A stretch of 64,000 nt of DNA, from NCBI RefSeq assembly GCF_009914755.1, contig NC_060925.1; one strand, 5' to 3'. The translations under genes and the position numbers were made by a program. This DNA is from the human T2T-CHM13v2.0 reference genome, Homo sapiens. Positions 55,902 through 64,000 of the stretch are shown piece by piece. The notes beneath the pieces were generated by a model. The model worked only from the letters and a program-made list of their open reading frames with translations. It did not search any database and was not told the DNA's origin. Numbering within the stretch: position 1 is the stretch's first letter; every line of letters begins with the position of its first letter.

Positions 55902-56470
55902 GTAAATATGGCAACTAAAGGGCCCAGGGACTGATGATGGAAAGTGATTAATGCAAACAACCTTTTGTTGTCTCTAAACATATTATCTGTATTTAGAGAG
56001 TTTTCTCTGCATGCCCCAAGGCCTTTAGCCCTACTCCCTGCACCTTCTGTGGCTGCCTTTCTTGCCATTGTTCATCCTCCTGTAGTTTTCCTACTGCTGT
56101 TTTTGCTTCATTGCACCATAATCTCTCTATTCTTGAAAATGCTGTCTGTATCCAGCTTGACTTCCTTGTCTGTGTCTTCTCTACTCAGAAACTTATTATT
56201 TATTATGATTCATCCTATTTCATTTGCCAATAAGGAAAAAATTGTCTCCTGGCAAATTTATCATTAAGAGATAATGTAAGAAAGATTATAAAAATATAGA
56301 AGCCAGAAGATCTCTATGGACTTTGCCCCACCCTTGTACATTCCCAGGCTTCCTTTCTTGTTCCCGGCCTCGTCCTTTTCTTGTTCCCTACCTCTTTTTT
56401 AGTTGGAGCAAACTGAGGATATCATTATGAATAACAGAAGATTCTGTTGTGTTGTCATTTTCTTTTTCAG

Positions 56471-56697
56471 GCTTGGGTTTGGATACTTCTCCAGTAATGA
56501 AGACCCCTCCCAAGCTAGAGGGTGATGCTACTGATGGCTCCTTTGCCAATAAGCATGGCCGCCATGTCATTGGCCACATTGATGACTACAGTGCCCTAAG
56601 ACAGCAGATTGCGGAGGGCAAGCTGCTGGTCAAAAAGATAGTGTCTCTTGTGAGATCAGCGTGCAGCTTCCCTGGCCTTGAAGCCCAAGGCACAGAG
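56471..56697 (+). CDS. PDE4DIP: PDE4DIP exon (LGLDTSP...NKHGRHVIGHIDDYSAL...QGTE)
   Basis: TTTTTCAG acceptor, GAG|GTAATC donor, 227 nt phase 1-0; GRHV.G.I.DY motif recalled as shared with CDK5RAP2. Confidence 0.93.
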
Positions 56698-57629
56698 GTA
56701 ATCACACCTGAAGCTTTAGGTGCACTCTTTCCCTGTGCCCTTTCTTCCTTTGATGTTAACTCCTTCTCCCACCATTTTTGTTTTTTTCATGCTTTGCATC
56801 TCTCAACAGCTGAGACTTCCTCTTCCATGTATAGCAGCCAGGCCCTTTCTTCTCTATCTCCTATTTTCACTGTGAGTTCTGCTCTGTTCCAGATGTAGCT
56901 GACTGGATATTTCCCCTCAGCCCCACAGAAACATGTGGCATTGCCTAGCAGCCTTTGGTAGCTTATTATCTACCATAGTCATGCAGGCACATGACCATCT
57001 GTGGGCAGAGTCAACTCAATGGGATGGATAGAAACTGAAGGATTTGCAGGTGTATGGCCCCCACATGTGGAAGGGGTGAGAAGCCTGGCAGCCATGTCAT
57101 TTCCTTGTGCAGACTGCATAGAGGGAGGGAAGGCAGTCAGCAAAGCTTCTGAGAGCACCTTGCCAGTGAGAGAGACCAGGAACCTGTGGCTGTGCTGTCT
57201 GAGCTGCTGGAGACCCATGGATGCGTAGGGACAGCCCTGCCTCCACGGAGCCCCCACACTAGAGGGCAAGACACACACCCAAGTAGATAAGCACAGTAAG
57301 GGGCTACAGGCACAGTATGAGAAGTCATCCTCTGTGCTGTGAGAGCGCCAATACAAATGTGGTCATTTATCTCAGGCAAGGAAGGTAACAGGCTCATAGA
57401 GGACATAGCAAGGGGGGTGAGTTTTGAAAGCCTTGTGGGTTCTGCAGGTGGAGGAAGGCATTCCTGGTAAAGGGAGCAGCACCTTAGTTCTGAGAGCTGC
57501 AAATGGTTGTGTGAGGGCTTCACAGGTTCAAGCAGGCCCATGTTCTATGCCTCACTCACAAAGGAAGCTTGAGCCCATGCAGGGGGAAGAAAGTAATCTC
57601 TCCGCTCCTGTGGTGTTACCTTTCCCCAG

Positions 57630-57773
57630 GTGCTAGGCAGCAAAGGTATTCATGAGCTTCGGAGCAGCACCAGTGCCCTGCACCATGCCCTAGAGGAGTC
57701 AGCTTCCCTCCTCACCATGTTCTGGAGAGCGGCCCTGCCAAGCACCCACATCCCTGTGCTGCCTGGCAAAGTG
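57630..57773 (+). CDS. PDE4DIP: PDE4DIP exon (VLGSKGIHEL...MFWRAALP...PGKV)
   Basis: CCCCAG acceptor, GTG|GTAAGA donor, 144 nt phase 0-0. Confidence 0.93.
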
Positions 57774-58856
57774 GTAAGATGCCAGTGCCCTTTCTTGGTT
57801 CAAACCCAGTTCTCCTGCCCTCCAATACTGTTCTGTCTCCTCAATGTCACAGCTTTTCCAGAAAATCAGGAGCCACATAGTGAGTTGGGATAGACAGGAA
57901 CTTAGAGGAGTGTCCCTGGAGGGACATCTCTGACCCATGGTGGCTGCTTTCATTACAGCTCTGAATATATCCCATTCCCCACCAGCCCCCTGTCCCCTGG
58001 TTAAGAAATCAAAGAAGATGAAGGGGTGTGAAGAAGGCGGAGACATCATAACCCTGGCCATCCATAAATGTTCAGTTTATTTACTTCTCTGAAGTTTGAC
58101 TGAGCTGAAATTCAGTTAAAGCTTCAGCACCCATCTCCCACCCCTCAGGTCCCATGGTTAAATGATCACAGAATGCCCCATGAGACTGAGCCTTTTTAGC
58201 CACTGCCTGGAATCCCAACATACAACTTAAGCTGGCATCGCTGGACCAGGCCTGGGGAAAGTCAGCCACCCCTCAGGATCTGCTCAGAGCTCAGGCTAAC
58301 TCTGATTGGCAGACCCTCATGTAGGCAGGTTTCAGGATCCCCTCCCCAGGGATTCTACTTCCAGGTCAATGGCACCAATACCTTTTGGATCCAACTATGC
58401 TAATTCCAGGGAGAGGGTGTTTTGCCATCTTCATGTTGGCACAAATATTTACAAACTTGCAGACTTCCCTGAGTCCAGATCTCTCACCCCAGCATAACAC
58501 TTCTGAACTCTCAATCTTACCTGTGAAGGGAGAGTGACAGAACTGATATCAGGACTAAAGCAAGGTCCTCTTCAGAGTTGGGAGTTTGATACCAGCCTGA
58601 GGCGAGGTTCTCTTAAGCTACAGGTGTGTAGGCCTGTGCTAGTCTGCATGGGGAATTCCAGAGTCTCATTATTCCTGCCTAATGGCCTCATCCTGAACTG
58701 TCCTCAGCTGGAGGTATCCGAGGCTGTGAAGGAGGAAATCCAGTTCAAGAGAGTTGAGAAGACTGTAGAATCCTTCTTTGAATTGGAAAGAGCCACAAAG
58801 CACAGGGTGCTTTAGGCCTTCTGCCTGGTCAGTAAGAGTCTGTTCCTCTTATCCAG

Positions 58857-58995
58857 GGAGAATCAACAGAAAGGGAACTTCTGGAACTGAGAACCAAAGT
58901 ATCCAAACAGGAGCGACTCCTTCAGAGCACAACTGAGCATCTGAAGAACGCCAACCAGCAGAAGGAGAGCATGGAACAGTTCATTGTCAGCCAGC
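58857..58995 (+). CDS. PDE4DIP: PDE4DIP exon (GESTERELLEL...FIVSQ), CM2 region
   Basis: TCCAG acceptor, GC|GTAGGT donor, 139 nt phase 0-1. Confidence 0.92.
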
Positions 58996-59301
58996 GTAGG
59001 TTCCCTGAGAGGGAATGGGGGAAGAAACAGGCAGTCTTCCCGATGCCCCACTTGTGCTTCAGATGAGAAGTGATCAGGGGGGCTTGGGGATGTTGGGAGT
59101 GGAGACTGATTTGATGTCCCCAAACCTCCTGTACCAGGAGCAATTGTGGCTGCAGAGGGAGTGGAGGACAGGGGGTGGATAGAAGGAGACTCCAAGCTGA
59201 ATAGCCAGAAAGAAATAAATGCTTTAGAATTCTCATGCTAAGCAAGTAGGGTTAATTTCTGCTGGTGGTTTCTACTCTGTGGTGCTCTTTTGTTGTTTCA
59301 G

Positions 59302-59348
59302 TAACCAGAACACATGATGTTTTAAAGAAGGCAAGGACTAACTTAGAG
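59302..59348 (+). CDS. PDE4DIP: PDE4DIP exon (TRTHDVLKKARTNLE), centrosomin motif 2 core
   Basis: TTTCAG acceptor, GAG|GTAAGG donor, 47 nt phase 1-0; TH.VL.KAR.NLE is the CM2 signature. Confidence 0.93.
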
Positions 59349-61013
59349 GTAAGGAAACTACTGCACCAGTCAGAGGCACCAAGCCTGTCCCCCACCCATC
59401 ACCATCCGTTAGCAGATCTTGTAGGTGACCCTTGGCCTGCTTTGGCCTTCCAGGAGAAGACTTGGGGTCCACTTGCAAGATCACAGGTCCTCAGTGAGCA
59501 TCCTGCTAGTTTCTGTCCCCATCACCCTCCCACCCCGTCAGCTCCTGCCCCTGTATCTTGGTTCACTCTCACATTGTCATCATCTCTCCTTTTTACTCCA
59601 ATTTTTCTTCTTTGAGGCCAAGTTCAGAGACTGGAGAAATGCAATTCAGCTGACTCTTGAAGTCATTAGACATTCGGGAGTCTGCCTCTGAATGAGCTTC
59701 TAGTAGAGGGATCTTGAGGCCAGTTATGTGTTCTACTCTTCATGAAAAAGTAAAAGCAATTTGCAACCTAATAAACTGATTTCACTGCACATTCCCGGGT
59801 TAAGAACAGCAATTTGATTTTGCTATATCTTTAAGTAACATGACAAAAGAGATCTGTTGGGTCTCATTGGTCTAAAAGCGAATTTGTTAATAAATAACAA
59901 CTGAACCTTCAGGGAAAAAATGTTATATATGTACCAGACATTATCTACATTTACTTAAAACACTAAGTGTTAATCATTCCCTAGGAAGTGCTTTGAAGAA
60001 AAACTTGAGGTATATGAAATGGTTAAAAATCAGAAACTAAACCTTTTAACATGGACATCAAAGCTTTGCCATAAGCAATTCAGCATATTCCTAGAAATGT
60101 TTCTAATCCATAACCTGAGAGAATGTTGATCTCCATAGTGTGAAAATGACTTGGGCCAGTTTAACTTGCTCTTTTTTTTATTTTTTCACTAATTCCCTTT
60201 TGTTTTTCTCTGATAATTCTTCTCTTTCCTGAGCCTCTTTAGAGCAGCACTTACAGGATTGCCTCTGTAAAGCCTTATTCCTGTCCCAGAAAAGGTAATC
60301 CAAAAAGTCTCTAGTATCCACTAAAAGGTAACCCAAAAATCTCTAGTATCCACTGGCTTTCTCCAGTGTGGAAGCTTTCCCCTCCACCTCCCATAGATCA
60401 CTGGAAAGGACCCGAGGCCTCGGTTCTAATCCCTGGCTTATCACTAACTGCTGTGTGGCTTTGGCTTGTCCCTTAGTCTCTGTGAGACTGCTGCACCCTC
60501 ATCTGTCAAAGATGGAACTGGACTTAGTTGAGCTCTGAGGTCCCTGTGGACTTGGCCCCTCCACACCCTCATTATGGCAACTGGACATAAACTTAACAGA
60601 GGGCTTCCCAGCAAAATGTCCTCTTCTTCCTACAAACAGGCTGTTTCTATATGTGCATGTTTCATGCTAAGCACTTCTTTCTTGGGTGGAGATGGCAAAG
60701 GCCTCTTTCTGCTGAGACAAAGTGATTTGGAGAGTCACCTGGCCCCTGAAGGGGGAGTGGTAGGATCCAGCCACCCAGTGTGCAGTGAATTGGAGCAGGG
60801 ATCTCAGCACACAGGGAGGTGGGGAGGCTCCCCCTAACCTCGGGCACCTGTTGCTCCTCCAGACTGCAGCGCATGCTCTTAGCTCATCCTCTTAACTGGC
60901 TCTCACCGTGCTCCTGGCTTTGGTCACCACGTAGCTCTCACTCCAGCTTCAGGTAGCCATCAGTAGGGCCTGGCAATATACACTGATTTGGTTTGTTTTA
61001 TGTTTGTCTGCAG

Positions 61014-61055
61014 GTGAAATCCCTAAGGGCTCTGCCATGTACTCCAGCCTTGTGA
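61014..61055 (+). CDS. PDE4DIP: PDE4DIP last coding exon (VKSLRALPCTPAL*)
   Basis: CTGCAG acceptor; matches recalled canonical myomegalin C-terminus. Confidence 0.92.
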   Translation: MKSLRALPCTPAL

Positions 61056-61069
61056 CCCTTGCCTTCCAG

Positions 61070-61159
61070 GAACCATGCAAGAAGCGCAGCCACCAGAAGT
61101 CCTTAAAACAGCAGGAAAGGTGGGCCTGTCCCCCTTTTGTGCAGCTACCTATCTGCTGA
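61070..61159 (+). CDS. PDE4DIP: Alternative C-terminus via downstream acceptor (EPCKKRSHQKSLKQQERWACPPFVQLPIC*)
   Basis: CCCTTGCCTTCCAG acceptor ending 61069, phase 0, product 16 aa longer than canonical; consistent with a recalled longer isoform. Confidence 0.75.
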   Translation, partial: EPCKKRSHQKSLKQQERWACPPFVQLPIC

Positions 61160-62066
61160 GGAGCATCTGGGCCTCATTCCTCCAAGTCCACGGGAGGGTC
61201 CAGAAGAGGGAGTCAGAGATGTATCCTGGTGGAGCTGGGAGAAAGGCAGAAAGCCTTTCTGACGGCTATGGAATACGATTAGCCAAGGTCCACTTGGCCC
61301 AGCACTAAGAAAAAGATGCGTAGTTTGCACAGAAGGTTTTGTGATCCTGCCTCTCAACAGCCCCAGCAGCTTGGGAACTAGCAAGAGCACATTTCTTGCC
61401 TCATCAGCTGTCCTGAGATGGAAAACTCAGTGAATATAGGACCCTGATTCCGATGAAAGGGGCACGTGGTCCCAATGCTGGAGCTCCTCTGGCAGGTTCT
61501 AAAAGCACACTACTGAGCAGCGGTGCCCTGCCGGACACTGCTGGCGGGGGCTCAGTGAGCACTACTCACAGATCCACACCTGACCCTGTTGGGTCGAGTC
61601 AGGCTGGGCCTTGGTCTGCACTGTAGCACCTGTGTTCTTTGAGTTCACATCATGAATGTGGTGACTTCCCAGATACCATCTCAGGCTTAACCTAGCACAT
61701 CCTATTTCTTTTCTTCTATGATATCCAAATTGGACTGACCTCACTTCAAAGTTGCTGTCCCATTTTGTCACCCTATCTTATCTCGGGGAAATTGCAGACT
61801 GATGGCCAGACCAACTCTGTTGAAATTCTTGCATAGAGCAAACCTGTGCTCATTTTTAAGTGGCATGGGAGAGGCCCCAAGCCTAGTAAAGCCTAGTCTG
61901 TGTCTTCACAGTGCTGGTAGAATGTGTTTGTGTGTATAAATATATGATATAGATTTATATATGTTGCTAACGCCATATATTGAAGGCCAACATAACTGGT
62001 GGACAGGGTGGGTGACAGAAAATGAAAGTCTTTTTGGTGATTGTTAAAGCAAGATGTGTATAAAGA

Positions 62067-62072
62067 AATAAA
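62067..62072 (+). terminator. Main PDE4DIP polyadenylation signal
   Basis: AATAAA ~1 kb after the stop, upstream TGTA elements, T-rich downstream. Confidence 0.8.
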
Positions 62073-62267
62073 TAGTTTTTCTTTCACTGCTTTGTTTCCC
62101 ATTTCTGCACCAATCCCTTGACAGTATAAAGAACTGGAAAGAGAAAATGGGAAAGACAAACTGTGTTTAAGAAGCATATAGTCTAATGCTTGAACTCTAA
62201 CTTTAAAAGATTAAGGTTTTCCTTCTTTGTCATTTTGTAAGAATCCCCAGTCTGAAAATATGAAAGA

Positions 62268-62447
62268 ATGGTTCTTAAACTTGGTGTGCCTGAGAAGCAG
62301 CTGTGGAGATTATAGGAGCTACCTCCTGGTCTCCAATCCCAGGAGATTTAGTTGGTGTGAGCCCTAGAATCTGCATTTTTTTAATATAAGCACCCCAGAT
62401 GATTCCATTACATGTGGGCTTCAGATCACAGTTTAAAAAACAGTGTT
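62268..62447. mobile_element. MER5-like MITE
   Basis: TGGTTCTTAAACTTGG..AGAATCTGCATTTT..AAGCACCCCAGATGATTC. Confidence 0.65.
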
Positions 62448-62644
62448 CTATAACATTGAATCAAAACTAAAACTACATTTAAGAACCTTGAATCAAAAAG
62501 TATGTCATTCCATAAACATTGATATAAAAATTTTAAAATATTCCTTGGGAAAAGTTCTTAGCTACATGCTTTTGATTCCCAAGATTAAAATAAGCTATCA
62601 CTTCACAATTATGTACTAGAAACATTTAAAAAATAAAAACAGGT

Positions 62645-64000
62645 AGAAGGTGGAGTAAGATGGTAGAATAGAATTCTCCAGCAATGGTCTCTCTGAAGGA
62701 ACATCAAATTAAACAACTATCTATGTAAGAAAACACTTTCACAAGGGCTAGCCAGGTGAGAGATCATAGCACCCGCTTTTAACTTGCTAACAAGAAAAGA
62801 TGCATTGAAGAAGGGAGGAAGGACAGTCTTGCATTGCCTATGACACCTCTCCCCCAACCACAGGAAATTCTCTGAGAGAGAATCTAATGGCTTGGGGACA
62901 AGGGGGAAAGTGTGAGACTTTATATTGAAACTTAGTACCAGTCTTGCCATAGTGATACACGGCACTGGGCAGAACCCCACAGCACTTGATTCCAGGCTGG
63001 TGCCCACAGAAGAAGCATTTAGACCCACCCTGGGCCACAAGGGAACCAGCTGCCCCAGCAGGAAGAACCCAGCAAAGTTCTGGCCGGCTTTATCACTGGA
63101 AATTTCTTGGGCTTCAAATAAATTTCAGTGGCAGGCAGGCTGTAGTGGCCGCAGTCCTTGGGCAAGCCCTGATGCTGCATAGGTCTGGAACACCCTGGAC
63201 TTGTGGTGTGAGCCAGTATGATGGCAGCAGCTGCAGCAGCTATGGGAATGCCTGTATCACCCCTCCCCACACTCCAGGCAGTGCAGCCTGAAGAGAGGTT
63301 CCTCTTGCTTGGGGGAAAGAAAGGGAAGTAAGCTAGGGGCTTTACCTGGGAATGCGGAGAACAATCCCTGATCTTCCCCCAAGTCCACAGGGCTGGGGAC
63401 CTAGGAATCGGTAAGAATTGCAGTGTACCTGGGCCTAGGGTGCCCTGTAGTACAAAAATGGCTGCAGTGATCACTGGCTTAGGGAACTCGTCAGCCCACT
63501 TTGAATTCCTGGAAAGTCCTCTGAAGGACAGGTACAAACAAGACCTGACTGCAAAGGCTGGAATAAATACCTTATCCTTCAATGCCCAGATACTGACAAA
63601 CATCAACAGTATCAATAACATTGAAGCCAATATGACCTCAACAAATGGACCAAGTAAGGCACTCAGTGACCAACCCTGGAGAGATGGAGACGTGTAACCT
63701 CTCAGGGAATTCAGAATAGCTATTTTGAGAAAGCGCAATGAACTTCAAGAAAACACAGAGAAACAATTCAGAAATATATCAGAAATTTAACAAGATTACT
63801 GAAGTAAGAGAAAAAAATCAAATGCTGGAGCTGGAAAATGCATTAGTGGGTCTCAGTAGAATTGATCAAGCAGAAGAAAGAATTAGTGAGCATGCAAACA
63901 AGCTATTTGAAAATACAGTCAGAGGAGAAAAAAGAAAAGAAGAATGAGCAGGAACACAGAATGCTTAACAGATCTAGAAGAGGGCCTGAAAAGAGAAAAT
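62645..64000 (+). mobile_element. Old L1 (L1M/L1MA-like) 5'UTR and degraded ORF1 start, runs off the window
   Basis: GGAGTAAGATGG..GAATAG start; ORF1-like GAATTCAGAATAGCTATTTTGAG..AGAATTGATCAAGCAGAAGAAAGAATTAGTGAG. Confidence 0.85.

Noticed and set aside
60412-60423. Short palindromes such as CCGAGGCCTCGG and GATACCAG-T-CTGGTATC near 47740
   Set aside because: Short enough to be expected by chance in 64 kb.
63019-63738. 239-aa antisense ORF (L1 ORF0-like?)
   Set aside because: Starts at TTG, lies in an old degraded L1 and shows no recognisable ORF0 similarity.

Overview
Primate, almost certainly human, genomic DNA (Alu-rich) holding the 3' part of PDE4DIP (myomegalin, 1q21) on the + strand. 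I traced 30 GT-AG coding exons from 967 to the stop at 61053-61055. They splice into one uninterrupted, phase-consistent frame of 1686 codons ending ...KARTNLE-VKSLRALPCTPAL*, with AATAAA at 62067. The intact frame argues for the functional gene rather than a disrupted PDE4DIP paralog. The window includes the exon pair for the single ancestral Olduvai (DUF1220) domain (37233-37284 and 38357-38580), an NBPF-like coiled-coil exon and the C-terminal CM2 region. It also has two early 3' ends for short isoforms (read-through to ...HHKHAY* at 10231, and an L* terminal exon at 21042) and several alternative C-termini at 59.3-61.2 kb. One of these involves a candidate 52-nt cassette exon that would switch the reading frame of the last exon. 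Introns contain about 14 Alu/FLAM elements, L1/L2/MIR/MER fragments, a 28-bp alternating purine-pyrimidine minisatellite and a very short twin-primed L1. They also contain several locally templated duplication and snap-back scars, the clearest a near-perfect ~195-bp copy inserted 1 kb from its source. Gene identity, isoform names and repeat families are from recall, not searches. I see no convincing wholly new biological system; the best leads are the C-terminal splicing switch and the repair scars.
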